A DNA stretch of 64,000 nucleotides from Eledone cirrhosa (lineage: Eukaryota), in the NCBI GenBank assembly GCA_964016885.1, contig OZ024740.1, positions 48,794,001 through 48,858,000 on the forward strand, in the 5' to 3' direction. Both the position numbers and the translations under genes were made by a program. Shown here one piece after another: positions 22,762-36,748 of this stretch. Numbering within the stretch: the first letter of the stretch is position 1; each line of letters starts with the position of its first letter. The notes beneath the pieces were generated by a model that had not been told where the DNA came from, did not search any database, and worked only from the letters and a program-made list of their open reading frames with translations.

Positions 22762-24485
22762 TATGTAATAAACAACACAGTGCTGATCATTATTTACAAA
22801 CAATGTCTTGTAAACCAATATTACTGTTTTCAATCGACAAGTATTTTGACATTTATATCAGGTATGTCAGATTGTCTATACAGAAGTCGCATTTTAGAAA
22901 TCCAAGCAGTTTATTTATTATCATTTTTTATTATTGTACTAGTATTAATGATGAACTGTGGCCATGCTGGGGCATCATATTCAAGACTTTTAGTCGATTG
23001 TGTTGACAGTATTTTATCACCCTCTTATGAGAAGATAGGAACAGTTGATTTGGATACTGACGAAAGTAACCGCTACGGAACGAAATACTATGGTCTATAT
23101 TTGTACGACACATCGTGTTTTCACCCCCACCCCCACCCCCACTCACATATTCGATTTTCTGATTTGAACAAAAAAAAAAAGCTTAAATAGTATTCTATAC
23201 CTATTGTGTCGTATGTGTTGAGAATACATTTATTATTATGTTTTTTTCCCATATTATAATTATTAGTAGTAATTTCTGTCGGGGGGGGGGGGGGGGGGGA
23301 CACAAGCTCAAAATACATGCAAGTTCCTGAAGCTACTGTTCAAGTCAAACTACAGGTTCCATTTCTGAAGATGACTGGAAAATCTGCTTCCTCCTTGTTT
23401 CTTGAAGTGTACAGAGCCAAGGTATCTCTTCCCAATTTTGAGTTAGTAGAGAAAGCTACACTATTCTTGGTCTCAGGAATGAAAGATGCCGAAGTTCCCC
23501 TCCTATAAGTACCACCTCATTCATTTGTGTTCAGGACGAAATGGAGCTCAAGATAGGCCGACAGATTGTTGAAACAAAAGTAGGAAAATAATTCTGGCCT
23601 ATCCTCTGACGTCCAGTGGGACACCCCAAGAAAAATAAATGAAAAATAAACAAAGAACTCAGAAATTAAAAACAAAGAGGAGACTAAACAGTATGATATC
23701 TTGAAGTACACTCCAGAACTAAAAACACTGGTTTGCTTAAAGTGTATGAACTGGTGGACTCAGAAATGGGTGATTGCTTCCAAGAGCTCCCAGACCATAG
23801 ACTTTTACTTCTAACGACAAAAGAAGTATATGAAAAGATAAAGTAGTTTTGTCCAGAAGATGTGGGTTATTTTGTTGATGAACCCATTGAACAAATGCTC
23901 ACAGGAGATTTCAGTGATTCCAAGGAAATATACAAGGTGACCACAAAATCACTCCTTGATTTCAAATATGAAAACTCAAATGAATATTCTTACAATATTG
24001 GTGGCTACAGTTGCATAAAGTTTCATGTGGAATTTGTTCATATCATAGACACTTAATGTGTGCCCCTTTTGTTGCTCGGCAAACATCAATGCGATAATCA
24101 CCCTGTATAATGCATGGTGGGTGAGCAGAAATATAAGGGTGTTCTGATTCGACCATTGGGTTCCTACTCAGGTGTGGCTGGGTAACTCAAAATGTTTTTT
24201 TACATTGTGTTATTGTATTTTTGTATTTTGCAAGTCAATGTGCAGAAATTCATAAATTCACCTCTGTTTACAAGTTGTACCTCCAACTCATTAAATCTTA
24301 CATAGCCCTATTTTCAAAGAAACACAAAGTTCTAAATTCCAGTTAATCTTGAGGATAATCAAAAATTGGAAGGGATTTAGTAAAATATTCAACATTTTGA
24401 TTAATTGATATTGCCCTTATTTAATAAATGGTTTTCAGATAAAATTATGATTGAAAGTTTTTAGTTGAAATATGAACATTTTTAA

Positions 24486-24704
24486 CCCTTTAGCATTTGC
24501 ATTACTCTATATTTATTATTGTATTTTCATGGTAAAGGCTTTCTTACATAATTATCTCACATAAGATTGAATCTATGAGATTTTGATATTATCTATTTTG
24601 AGAACAATACCTTAACATCAGTATGAGTAGCCAGTTACAGCCAGTTCAAACAGAAAGAGGTGAGAGAATTCTGGCTGGATACGGCTGGTTTAAATGCGAA
24701 AAGG
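24486..24704 (+). mobile_element. piggyBac-type MITE
   Basis: TTAA flanks and CCCTTTAGCATTT terminal inverted repeats; four copies in the window. Strand is arbitrary, set by this copy. Confidence 0.85.
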
Positions 24705-25949
24705 TTAAACAGATGATTTTGTATGAGAACCAAGGGTGGTTTCAGGTGGGATGATATCAATGGATTAAACATAATTAAGTATATTTCCCTCAGATTCGAA
24801 CCCACTGCACCTATGAGGTTTAAATTTAAATTTTGATTGCATATTTTGTTGATAGATCAGTAATATTGTTATTCATGTGAGACAATGGTCTGGGGGTTTC
24901 CTCATTACATTTATTAACATTCGGGTTAATAAGTCAATGTGACAATTCTAATTTATATTAATGCTAGATTACATTGATTATGCTTTCATGGGTAATCAAG
25001 GGACTGGTTGTTATTCATGGTAAAATACAGTTAATTAAAATTATATGAAACACAGTTGATGAATCCAAAAATAATGTGATTATGACCTGGATAAGTTATC
25101 ATTAGTAATATTATGAGTAAATGACAGAATTGTTAAAAGAAAAATGGAAATGTTTGGAGTGAAAAATTCTAGATTTATACAAATCATAAAGATTATAAAA
25201 ATTATCAAAAATAATACAATATAAAAATTGAGAATGACCTAAAAAATATAAAGTTATAAAATAACCTGAAAAATAGAAATCATGAGGAAAATAGAAATGA
25301 GTGAAAGTAGAGTAAAAAATGTTAAAAATATACAAATCATAAACATTTTATAACTTGTAAAATGATGAAATTAGGAAAATATTTTTATACATTTATCTCT
25401 GTTTTTAGTTTAAAGAATTTTTGTCCATTCTTTGTTGTAATATTATCTCACTTGCATCTTAGCAACAGAGAAGTTTTCCAATCTGTTACACAAATTGATG
25501 TTACAGATGCAATCCCACCTTTACATGCAAAATTGCATGCCAGAAGGTGGTTGAAGAGGGTTAAAGAAACAATTGCTTGTTTGTCTTATGTAACTACTTT
25601 TCTCTGTGTAGTTTTTTACTGAGACTATATATATATATATATAATTGTATCAATATATATATATAATGTGGGTAATATTAAATATTATCTAATTACTATC
25701 TTTTCTTATATAAATGTTGATACTTATGCTTACCTCCCATATTATGCATTCTCCTAATGTTATGACAAACTTCTCATATTATATTTGTGTTTCAACCTTT
25801 ATTATATACTCCGATAATTCCGGCCTTGTGCTAGGATGAAACAATCGTAAGTGATTAAATGTTCTAAACACTCTTTGAATGTTATTTATAAAGTATATAT
25901 ATATATATATATATATATGTTTTTTGTTTTCTTTATTATTCTATTTTAG

Positions 25950-26048
25950 CTGTTGCCTGTTTGGGATTGGACTGAGATGTACTACAAAGAATGTTTACTG
26001 GAAAACCCTTACTACAATGAACTTGATGTGAAGGAAGAAGACTGCGGT
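25950..26048 (+). CDS. C6orf89: C6orf89-family, exon 2
   Basis: ttttAG acceptor and GTAAGT donor; 99 bp; LLPVWDWTEMYYKECLLENPYYNELDVKEEDCG. Confidence 0.85.
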
Positions 26049-27142
26049 GTAAGTAAATCAGGATATTATTCTAATTATTTTTGTGGCAAATATTTTGGAA
26101 ATGTTTTCATTTTCTTTGTAAATCAGTGAAGTAATGCCAGTTATAATTTTGGCATTGGAGGCGATGATAGTGGAAGTTTGGCTCTTCCACGTTCGGACCA
26201 TATCCTTGCGGCCTCTAAAACATTATAGTTAGAATTTTTTAGCCAACAATTAAAGCATCTATGCAGTTGCTTCACCAGCTGGAAGTAACAGCCAAATCTC
26301 CCTCAAATTATTTCATTAATAACCCATTTGATACTGTATATCCAATCAAATAATTCTATAAATAATCAAGAGGTTAGTTATATTACTGAAGTATTATTAA
26401 GCTGGTGTTTTAAAAGAAAACATTGAAAAATGTGCTCCTATATACATTGTCTAAAACAGGATGGTCATGGTTGGGTCATCTTGTTTAGTGATGATCAGAG
26501 GCTAAATGACAACAATGACTTAACACATTTCATGCAAATCTGGCTGAAACTATAATTTTTTTTATTTAATACAAAACTTCCTGTTTATGTTTATATTTAA
26601 ATTCAAACCTTCCATCAAAACTTTATATGTAAAACAATTTGTGTTAGTTACACTCCAAAAGCTTGTTAAATATACAAATTAATGTAAAAGTTACTTATAT
26701 TACTAAATCCCTCTAAAGTCTTCAATATTTTCAGGAGAATGATAAAAGTAGAGAAGGATATACTGCCCTCCAGTAAATTTTATGAAAGGTGTAGATTTTA
26801 TCTCATTGTAAACTACTATCTCTTAGTTCTTTTAAAAATATTACCACCCTTACAAAATTATTAAAATGTAAAAAGGTTAATTAAACATTGAATTTGGAAA
26901 ATTTGTGATCGTTTCATTATTAACTTTTTTTTATATCATACCTTGCTAGCAGGGAAAGTGGACGTTAAAACGACAATTATGATGATATCTAATCGGTTAA
27001 TTTTATAGATAATTAAGAGAAAGTTAGTTATATTACTAAGTATCATTAAGTCAGTGTTTGGAGCTTAACTTAAAAAAGGTTCACATATAAAATTATGATG
27101 GAAAGTTTTAGATAAATAGAAACACTTTAAAACAAACAGTTT

Positions 27143-28370
27143 TAATAATAATAATAATAATGAAATTACTGTGTAAAGTGCTCAGGTGCACTACAACTCG
27201 TCAAAGGTGCATGTATAGTACATAGAATAATATACAAATGTCAGGGAAGTGAATAGTGTATGAGTCATGCTATACATGTGTGTATGTGTATGGAGTGGGA
27301 ATATTAGGTGTAGTGTTGGTGAATCTCAGGAAGCATGGAGGTTTTAAAGGATGCAGTGTCTCGACAGCTAATAACTCATGCAGGTAGTTTTCATGCTTCA
27401 GCAACTCTGAGCATGAAAAAATGTTTCCGAAAGTCATGGGAACTGTGCTATTTTCTAACTTTGCGGGCATGTCCACGTGTGTTAAACACATGGAAATCAA
27501 AAAGGTACTCAGGGTTGTTGTTGGCAAGATGGTTAATAATTTTGTGGGTGTTTACCAAGTCAGTTGCCAGACGTCGGAGCTTCAATGTATCCATGCCCAG
27601 GGAAGCAAGGCGTTCAGAGTATGGTAGATGCCTGATGGCGGGTATTCGCTTGGTTGCACATCTCTGAACAGTTTCCAGGCAGTCAATGTTCTGAGAAAGA
27701 TAGGGGTTCCAGACTGATGATGCAAATTCTAAGTGTTGCCACACCATAGCTATGTACAGCTTTAAATAGATAGCTGGAGAGCGGCTGAAAAAGGTCTTGC
27801 TCAGTGATGCTAAGACACCCTCGACCTTCTTGACAATTTTAAAGGCGTGCTTCATCTAACGCAAATCACTGCTGACCATAATGCCCAGGTCACGTTCACA
27901 AGAAGACTTCTTGATATTAGTGTTGTGGAGGGAGTATGTGGACGCTGAGTTTTTACTCCCAAAATGCATGGTGGTGCACTTGTCCACAGCTAGCTTGAGT
28001 TACCAGTCTGTGATCCATTGTTGCATTGTGTCCAGGTCAGATTGCAGGAAAGATCTATAGTGTTCAGGATCTGTCCTTTTTATCTCAAGGTACAGCTTGA
28101 TGTCATCTGCATATTTCAGTACCGTGGCATTCTTTAAGTTGGCATCTATGTCATTAATATATGCCACAAACAAAAGGGGGCCAAGAACAGATCCCTGTGG
28201 TACACCAGATGATATCTCATATGGTGAGGAATGCTGTCCTAGAACTGTGGCTACCTCTCTTTGACTGAGAATGAAGGACTTCACTAGTTAAAAAGATCAT
28301 CCTTCACACCCATTGCAGAGAGTTTTGCCATAAGCATTTTGTATCATAGAACCAATGGTGGTTTCTTGCA
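27143..28370 (-). mobile_element. 5'-truncated CR1 LINE in C6orf89 intron 2
   Basis: SGVPQGSVLGPLLFVAYIND and YADD motifs through to the 3' UTR and (ATT)n tail. Confidence 0.92.
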
Positions 28371-28446
28371 GGTTGGTATCAAGAGAGTTAAAGATATGTT
28401 AAAGTTCTTTAAAATATTATGTCATGAAATATTTAATTTATTTCAG

Positions 28447-28602
28447 ATCTGTGAAAACTTCGAACCAATTGCTCGTGAGACTAACATCAGTTCAGAAGAA
28501 GTTGTTGAGAAATACATGTACTCGGAGAAACCCTTGATTGTTTCAGATGGCATTGAAGAAGGTTCATTATTCCGCAACCTTTCTATAAAACTACTTGACG
28601 AT
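28447..28602 (+). CDS. C6orf89: C6orf89-family, exon 3
   Basis: tttcAG acceptor and GTGAG donor; 156 bp; ICENFEPIARETNISSEEVVEKYMYSEKPLIVSDGIEEGSLFRNLSIKLLDD. Confidence 0.85.
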
Positions 28603-28935
28603 GTGAGGTTTTAATATTTTTATTTTCCACAGTCATAACATTTTTTTTTTTTACTGTTTGATCAATGAGGGAAGGGTTGTGCATATGGCTCTTTTTGGGG
28701 GACTCCAAAACTGCTGAGAAGAAAGGAGGAAGTAATTCTTGAAACAGAAAGTTAGCCTGGATGCTTCCAACAAAGTGAACTTCATTAAAGGCCACCCAAG
28801 GACCAGATGGTGGTATTAAATCAGCCAATGGATTAACTCTACCACTCAACTGGCATCTTATCCAGTGCTCTATCAATTCCACTGGTTTTCCACTCTGAAA
28901 GGATAAAAGGCAAGGTTAACCTTAATGAGATTTAA

Positions 28936-29296
28936 CCCTTTAGCATTTAAACCGACCGTATCCGGCCAGAATTCTCTCACCTTTTTGTTCAAACTGGCCG
29001 TAACTGGCCGCTCATACCTATGTTAAGGAATTGTTCTCAAAATAAACAATAACATCATTAAAATCTCATAGATTCAATATTATGTGAGATAAAGACTTTA
29101 CCATGAAAATATGATAGTAAATATAGAGTAATGTAAATGTTATGTGAGATGATTACATGAAATACTGTGAAAATACAGTAGTAAATATAGAGTAATGTAA
29201 ATGTTATGTGAAATATTATGTGAGATAATTATATGAAATAAAGCCTTTACTATGAAAATATAATAGTAAATATAGAGTAATGTAAATGCTAAAGGG
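28936..29296 (-). mobile_element. piggyBac-type MITE, opposite orientation, with internal tandem duplications
   Basis: TTAA flanks and the same TIRs; reverse complement of 24486-24704; inserted in a family-A SINE remnant. Confidence 0.85.
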
Positions 29297-29534
29297 TTAA
29301 ACTCAAATTACAGATAAACAACAAATACCACAAGACATTTTGTCCTATGCTCAAATAACTCTGCCAATTTGCTATCTGTAAACATGTGCTTATATTTTTA
29401 GTTATGTTTTCTTAAATCTATGATACCTATTGTCAATAAGTCTTGATACTTATAGGAAGAAAATGATACATTTTAAAGTTTGGTTGAATTTGTTTATGTT
29501 TAAATAAAATAATAATATAATCATAATATAATAA

Positions 29535-29787
29535 TAGTAATAATGAAATTATTGTGTACAATGCTCAGGTGCACTACAACTCATCAAACGTGCATGTATA
29601 GTACATAGAATAATGTACAAATGTCAGGAAAATGAACAGTGTATGAGTCATGAAAAACATGTGTGCGTGTGTATGGAGAGGGAATATTAGGTCTAGTGTT
29701 TGCAAATCTCAGGAAGCATGGAGGTTTTAAAGGATGCAGTGTCTCGGCAGCTAACAACTGATGCAGGGAGTTTGTTCCATGCTTCAA
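29535..29787 (-). mobile_element. CR1 3' end fragment
   Basis: Same 3' UTR as the copies at 13481, 27143, 41050 and 48467. Confidence 0.85.
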
Positions 29788-30019
29788 CATTAATCCATGG
29801 AATCAATTGTAATATCTGTTGGTTTACAGAATTATTGACATTTGAATAATTTATGTATATAATCGATTTTTACTTATGTACACTACTACAAATTGCCTCG
29901 TTCAGGGTTTTTATTTGCTAAACTAGTAGACCTGTGCCATCAGTAATAACAGCAATAATTTCATATTTAACAATAACATATTTAATTTTTGGAGTCCAGG
30001 GTTCTAAAAGTGTAAAGAC

Positions 30020-30255
30020 TGTCTCGAGCCTGGAGACTCATCAATCCGGTGCTTATCCCATGGCATTAAGTGACTAAGAGTACAAGACTCTCCCTTAGAT
30101 GGGATGCCAGTACTTCCCAGGGTTAAACCCCAACTATTGCTGGTACTCATTTTCAGTTGAGTATATTGGAACAATGTGAAACGAACACAATACACAATCC
30201 AGCCCACAACATTATGATCATAAGTCCAACACCTTTACCACATGGCCATGCACCT
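30020..30255 (-). mobile_element. tRNA-derived SINE (family B)
   Basis: GGCCATGTGGTAAAGGTG head; TTTCACATTGTTCCA body; AGTCACTTAATGCCA...GATAAGCACCGG tail. Confidence 0.65.
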
Positions 30256-30754
30256 ACACAGTCCAGGATTGGTATGCCATATACCCTAGGATTACTGGAT
30301 ATATGAACAATCATACAAATTGGGAAATTTTCATTTCGATATATCAATGGTTTGCATAAGGAAAACTCTGTAGTTTATGTTGATTACTGACATGCAAAGA
30401 TGATTAAAGATAAGAATGATATTTTAATAATTTATTTCCAAGATACGATTATCTAAACGTTCAGCATATATGTACAAATAACATACAAGATTAAATGTAT
30501 GAGTAACTCTGGGACAAATGTAGAGTTAGAACCCAGGACCTTGTAATTGGAAAGTGAAATTCTTATCATTGCAACATAATTAAAATGCATTATGTGTATG
30601 TTTGTGTATAAACTTTTAAAACTTGCACACACATATATATATATAAATAAATATACAAATACACATGGCATATTATTATGTTTGATATAACCATTTTATT
30701 TTCCTTAGAAAACTGTTTAGAAGAACAGAAAAAAATGTTCAATTTCTATTTCAG

Positions 30755-30891
30755 CTGTACAATACACACCCAATACTCACGACTTATGAACCATGTTCCT
30801 TCCGGAGCAACCTTAAAAAACTGTATGACGTACCACATTCCATCTTGAGAAAAGCTGTTTCTGGTGAACTTACTGGTTATTATGCTCACTG
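30755..30891 (+). CDS. C6orf89: C6orf89-family, exon 4
   Basis: tttcAG acceptor and GTAATT donor; 137 bp; LYNTHPILTTYEPCSFRSNLKKLYDVPHSILRKAVSGELTGYYAH(W). Confidence 0.85.
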
Positions 30892-31014
30892 GTAATTAAT
30901 TACTAATACTCAGCCAATCACTTGTTTGCTTTAAGTTTGCCACATGCTGTGTGTGTGTGTTTGTATGTTTATTTTTTTTAGTTTTATGGTGCAATAAGTA
31001 GCAGCAAGTGCCCA

Positions 31015-32037
31015 CAAACTACTAGCTCTTCCAATTGCGCAGAGGGTTCTATAGAAATAGTGGACAGCTTCCGTTACCTGGGCGATAAAATCAGCAGTGG
31101 GGGAGGGTGCTCTGAAAGTACTGTAGCTAGAGTCAGAACTGGTTGGAAAAAGTTCAGAGAGCTTATACCACTATTAGCTGCTAAAGGGTTCTCACTAAAA
31201 ATGAAAGGCAGGTTGTACGATGCCTGCATACGAACAGCAATGCTGCATGGCAGTGAGACCTGGGCATTGTGTGCAGAGGATATACGCAGACTAGAGAGGA
31301 ACGAAGCTTGCATGCTCCGCTGGATGTGTAACAGTAATATACGTGAACGGCAAAGCATAAACGAACTAAGGAAAAAATTAGAGATAAGAGGGATCAGATG
31401 TTGTTTACTCGAGAGAAGGCTACGTTGGTATGGACACGTGATGCGCATGAAAGTCGATAGCTGTATAACAAAGTGCAGGGCAATAAAGATAGACGGTAGT
31501 CACGGAATAGGCAGACCTAGAAAAACCTGGGACGAGCTGATAAACTCCGACATCACACACTTACACCTCTCCAAGACAATGTCACTGGACCGAGACCTTT
31601 GGCGGTACTCAGTAACAGAGAAGACCCGCCTTACCTAAATATATAGTAAAACCTACTCCAGCCAGTAGGCATCTCTAACAAAATACACCCCGTCCCACCA
31701 CCCCCACCCCCACCCGATCCACACCACCCCGTTCTATGTAAAGTTATGTTGGTGCCGCGCCTTCGAGGCCGAAACAAATGAGATCGTGTAGGTGTCACGA
31801 CAAAAAAACACACAGTCCACGCTGTAATGTGGCCGTGTAGGCAACACGGTAAAAACCTCCCAGACCCACACTGTAAATGTGGTTGGTGTTAGGAAGGGCA
31901 TCCAACTGTAGAAAACCTGCCAGACAGTCCTATGCGAGCAAGACAATCACTCTTGCCTCAAGTGGGACTACCCCCGTCCAAACCCATGCAAGCGTGGAAC
32001 ACGGACGTTAAACGTTGATGATGATGATGATGATGAT
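31015..32037 (+). mobile_element. 5'-truncated RTE LINE in C6orf89 intron 4
   Basis: Open 192-aa C-terminal frame (FRYLGD, HGSETW, RLRWYGHV, GRPRKTW), 3' UTR and (GAT)n tail. Confidence 0.92.
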
Positions 32038-33261
32038 ATATATATATATATATATATGAACTTGTCATATGTATATTTGTGTGTACATATATGTGACATC
32101 ATCATTTTTATGTCTGGATTTTCCATGGTTGCAAGAATTGAACTCATGTATATGTATGCTTGTATGTATATTTGGGTGCAAGCATGACTAAATGGTTAAG
32201 GAATATACTTTGCAATCATGAGGTCCCAGTTTCAATTCCACTGCATGGCACCTTCCTCAATATTTTTTAATAATAGCCCCATTCCAACCCTAGCTTTTTG
32301 AATGAGATTGGGTTGTTGTTATTGTTTAACCACAGGTCAGTTCTAAATAAGCAGATCAATGAATAAAAGTATTCCAGCCATAAAATTAGCCCATCTTATT
32401 TAAAGACATGATATATCCAGTCCTTCATCATTTAATACAGGGATGTGATTTAAAACTGGGCTTCTTCTTTAGTGCCAGAAAGTACTTCAGCTCTAAACAT
32501 TTGCTCAAATAAGGCCCATCATGTAATATTGCTCACACATTTCGTGTTGTTTCTGAATACATTGGATCTCATAGATTGTATTCAGAAAAATTCCCTTTGA
32601 CCAATTGGTATGAATGTGCTAGGTCCTTGCTTTGTCTTTTCTACTGTTACTACAATGGCCTTTGCTCTTTGGAGTTGACTGGTCTTGCCACTGCCACCTA
32701 GGCTCACCCAATTTACTTGTCTTTTCTCCTGTCATAACCCAAATTCTGTACCTCCTTTCCACCAATCCTACATCAACAACTTTTCCTAATCCTTTTTTAT
32801 TCCAGAATATCAGCCTTCTGGAATACTTTCTTTGCTCATATTTTTCCTGTATTTGTCACATTGATCTTGCCTGTCTGAGGAAAGGTGTGTAGGCCATAGA
32901 CACAGCTCTTTCTTTCAGACCAAACCATTAGGAAAACCAAAATAGATATGTTGTATATTATAGTAGTCCTGCTTGAGACCCTAATCTCACACAATAAACT
33001 ACAAATAGCAGAGAACAACATACTTTACATTATCACAAACAAAAATACTTTTTTAAAATAACCAAGACAAGCTAACATAAAAATATGATATATAAAAAAA
33101 AATCTAGAAAATTGAATTTGTCTATCTATGCCTATGCCTACCTGTCAATATCATTATATTCATCTGTCATTGCTATCATCATTTTCATTTTCTTTGTTGT
33201 TAACTTTATCATCATCATCCTGATCATCATCATAATATTGTGAAATATGTTTCTTTTTTAG

Positions 33262-33400
33262 GCAAAATTGTTTCAAACCAGCAGCGAAAGTGTTCCGTGA
33301 ATATTACAAAAGACCTTACTTTTTATCACCTGTTGTCCAGATGGATGATACCAACTGGATATATATATCATCAGGTTTTAAAAGCACAACTTTCAAACCA
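33262..33400 (+). CDS. C6orf89: C6orf89-family, exon 5
   Basis: ttttAG acceptor and GTAAGT donor; 139 bp; (W)QNCFKPAAKVFREYYKRPYFLSPVVQMDDTNWIYISSGFKSTTFKP. The WxNC...RxxYxRPYFL pattern is recalled as a family signature. Confidence 0.88.
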
Positions 33401-35404
33401 GTAAGTTTTATTTATTTCCATTGCAGCCACCACCATCACATCAGTATCATTATCATCATCATCCTTATCAATATTCTACATGTTTTTCTATGTTAACATG
33501 AGTTGTACAGTGCCTTGTCTCACTTGTTGCAGTTTCTTGTCATCTCCTTTGTCAGGTTCATCTTCCTGGAATCTTACCACATCTTCCTTTTTCTTGAACT
33601 AAATTTTAGGAAAATTAATTTCATTTCAATATGTGAAATAATGATGTTTACGTCCCCCATCACAGGCCTATTCGCTTCATGCAATTGATTGATCCTATTA
33701 CATGGCACTATATCACAGATAGTCAAGATGATTTCCATAACCCATCATCATCATTGTCATCATTGTCTTAACATCCACTTTCTCTACTAGAAAAGGTTGG
33801 ATGGTACTACATAGACCAAATTAGTACTGAAGCAGAGCTATTACCTTCCAGACAGGCTGGAGGGTCTACATCTCACTTACATGTGGTCTTATATTCTATC
33901 AAGTGAACAGGAGAGGTTGATATGTCTTTGACACAAGTGAAGGGTCCTCCCAAACCTTTGTTTATCAGGCTTTCTATGGCTGGATGCCTTTCTTATCACC
34001 AACTACTTTACAGAATGTAAATCATGTAGATCACCAACACTAGAGAGGTTGTTGTGTCTTTGACACAGACAAAAGGGTCCTCTCAACCCTAGGGTGGCTG
34101 TCATGTCCTTGTCATGACTGAAGGTTGCTAATTTTATCTCAGAATGAAGACCATCCCAGTAGTTAAGAACCAATCAGTAATATTTCAGTAAATCAGCAAA
34201 TACTAAGTTCTAGTAATGGCTACAGGCATGACAATGTGGTCAAGAAGTCTAAATAGCAATCTGGTGGTTCCCAGATTTATCTCATTGCATGGCACCTTAA
34301 GCCAGGATCTTCTGCCATAACATTTGGTTGACCATAGTCTTGTGAGTAACATTGGATAGACAGAAGCTATATGAAAGCCTGTCTGTTGGACAGTAACTGC
34401 TTTTGGGTGGTAGACTTAATCTATCTCCCAATTTAATAATACCACCTGATCCATGGCTACTTTTAGCAAAATCCAAGGTCTCTGGTGTGAGGATAACCTA
34501 TAAGTTGAGTTTCTTCTCTTTCTCCAACCAGTTGCAGAAGTCCTGTAAAAAGTTATGGCTGCTGTCCTCCTTATTTTGACTAAGCCATAAATAAATTATA
34601 ATGTAAATAAGATAACTAGAAGGAATCTTCTGTTTGATTTATGAAATGGTTTATTCACCTTGTATATCTTTATGTGCATTTATTTTAGGGGGTGTATAAC
34701 TGTTATATCAAGAAATGTATACATATGTGTATATGTGTGTTTCAGTGAGTGTATAGCTATTTAATTTAGTGGGTGTATAATATCTACTGTGTGTGTGTAC
34801 ATGCATGTGTGTATGTATGTGTGCGTGTGTATGTGTGTACATGCATGTGTGTATGTATGTGTGTAGACTTGTATATTTGTGTGTAACATATATGTACTCC
34901 ATTAGACTTTGGACAGGCAACAAAAAATGTTATTTGCTTGTTTCATCTCATAATTTAAATTTCTGGAAGTACACAGACCACCTCCATCATTACCACAAGT
35001 AACACGGTAAAAAGTTCCCAGTTCCACACTGTAAATGTGGTTGGTGTTAGGAAGGGCATCCAGCCGTAGAAAACCTGCCAGATAGTCCTATATGAGCGAG
35101 AAATGGTCACCCGACCAACCTTGCCTCAAGTGGGACAACTCCCGTCTAACCCATGCTAGCGTGGAAGATGGACGTTAAACGAAGATGATGATGATGATAT
35201 ACCTGGACAATGTGCATGTCATCTGATCCCAGTGGACAGAATAGAGAAAGTGTTCCCCTTGAGGTTAACAAAGGAGGTGTGGAAATAGCCAACTATGACT
35301 TTCACCATAATTTAATCTCTTAGAATCTACTAACTTCAATGCATAATGTTTTATTCAATGTCTTGAAAGTTTTATTTTAGTATTTTTCATAATTTCTAAT
35401 TCAG

Positions 35405-35534
35405 GTTGATATTGCGACACCGTTAATTATAATAATTCAAGCAAAAGGTCAGATGAATTTTCAGCTTCGTCCCAAAGAACCTTGCAATAATCTTTGCCCC
35501 ATTCTCAGTGGTATCCTCGATGAAGGAGAAGTTT
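35405..35534 (+). CDS. C6orf89: C6orf89-family, exon 6
   Basis: ttcAG acceptor and GTAAGT donor; 130 bp; VDIATPLIIIIQAKGQMNFQLRPKEPCNNLCPILSGILDEGEV. Confidence 0.85.
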
Positions 35535-35830
35535 GTAAGTATCATGTCAATTGCTCCATGTAAATATCTTAATTTGCAAAAAACCTCTAACCTATGCTCA
35601 TTTGAAAAGAAAAGTTGATATAAAAAAGCACCCCTCCCCACACTCATATGTATCTGTTGTTACATCTGTATCATGGTTTTTTGATAGTGTCTAGGTGTAT
35701 GTTTACAGCAATATTCAGCAGATATTTGCACTATTTGAGCAAGCTATAGAAAAGCTTCCCCAACAATTGCAGGTGTTTGTTGAAGACTATAACTAAATAC
35801 AAATACAACACTCTCCGAGACTCCCATACC

Positions 35831-36143
35831 CAGGTTTGGATTTAGACCTTGGGGGGCCCGGGGCACTTCAAGTTTTTTTTGGTGAAGGAAGGGGGCTGAT
35901 ACACATAAAAATTAGAATACACAGCAAACCTCCCCAATTTTACATATCAAAGTTAGTTTGGCACAAGTAATTGCAATTGAAAAGTTATACATAAAGGTAT
36001 TAAATTAAAAAATTCTAACCATCCTAAAACTAAAAAGCCCAGCTGAGGGCACAAATAAATTGCTACTGCCATCGCTGGTGGGGCCCCTACTGCAGGGAGC
36101 CCGGGGCAATTGCTTGCTCTGTCCCCCATTAAATCCAGCCCTG
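35831..36143. mobile_element. hAT-type MITE
   Basis: TIRs CAGG(tt)TGGATTTA and TAAATCCAGCCCTG; 8-bp TSD CCCATACC/CCCATACT. Confidence 0.85.
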
Positions 36144-36537
36144 CCCATACTCAACCACATCCTTTACATTTTTACTTAAGTATTACATGAAAGCACACCA
36201 AAACCTTTCACCCACCAATTATAATTTATTTACATTACATGTCCACACCAATGTTGTAATCTTTCCTGTATACATATCAACTAAGACCTTAAAGCCCAAC
36301 CATTTTCTCAGTTAGTGTATGATTTGTCAAAGTTGGTAAGAAGTGAGGCAAACATGTTCGGTTGGATATGTAATATTAACTAAGACTTATCCAAGCTAAT
36401 TCTATTCTACACTAACTTTTAGTTACTTTCAAGATTTAGTCTATTTGTTTTAATCTTGCTCCATTCAGTCTTCGTCAGGGTATTTCCCTGGCTTTTGTTG
36501 AAGTTGTTGATATTGTTATGCCAGTAGTTGGGAATAA

Positions 36538-36748
36538 TGGTTTCTGATTTAGGCACAAGGCCAACGATTTTGGGAGAGAGGAAAGTCAATTAAATCAATC
36601 CCAGTATGTTACTGGTACTTTATTTTATCGACCTCAATAGAAAGAAAGGCAAAGTTAACCTTGACATGATTTGAACTGAGAATGAAAAGAGACGTAACTA
36701 TATGTCGCAAAGCATGTTGTCCGACGCTCTACCGATACTGCCAATCTA
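36538..36748 (-). mobile_element. tRNA-derived SINE (family A)
   Basis: Reverse complement of the 5139-5326 type, with a longer tail. Confidence 0.8.

Noticed and set aside
23050-23100. CTGACGA...GAAA motif
   Set aside because: Stems II and III cannot be paired convincingly.
25803-25853. Hammerhead-like motif between TA runs in C6orf89 intron 1
   Set aside because: The core reads CCGAUAA (two substitutions in essential positions), so it is treated as a decayed remnant only.
36405-36490. Minus-strand hammerhead-like motif (CUGACGA...GAAA)
   Set aside because: No stem I, a G at the cleavage position and a mismatched stem III; at best a dead remnant.
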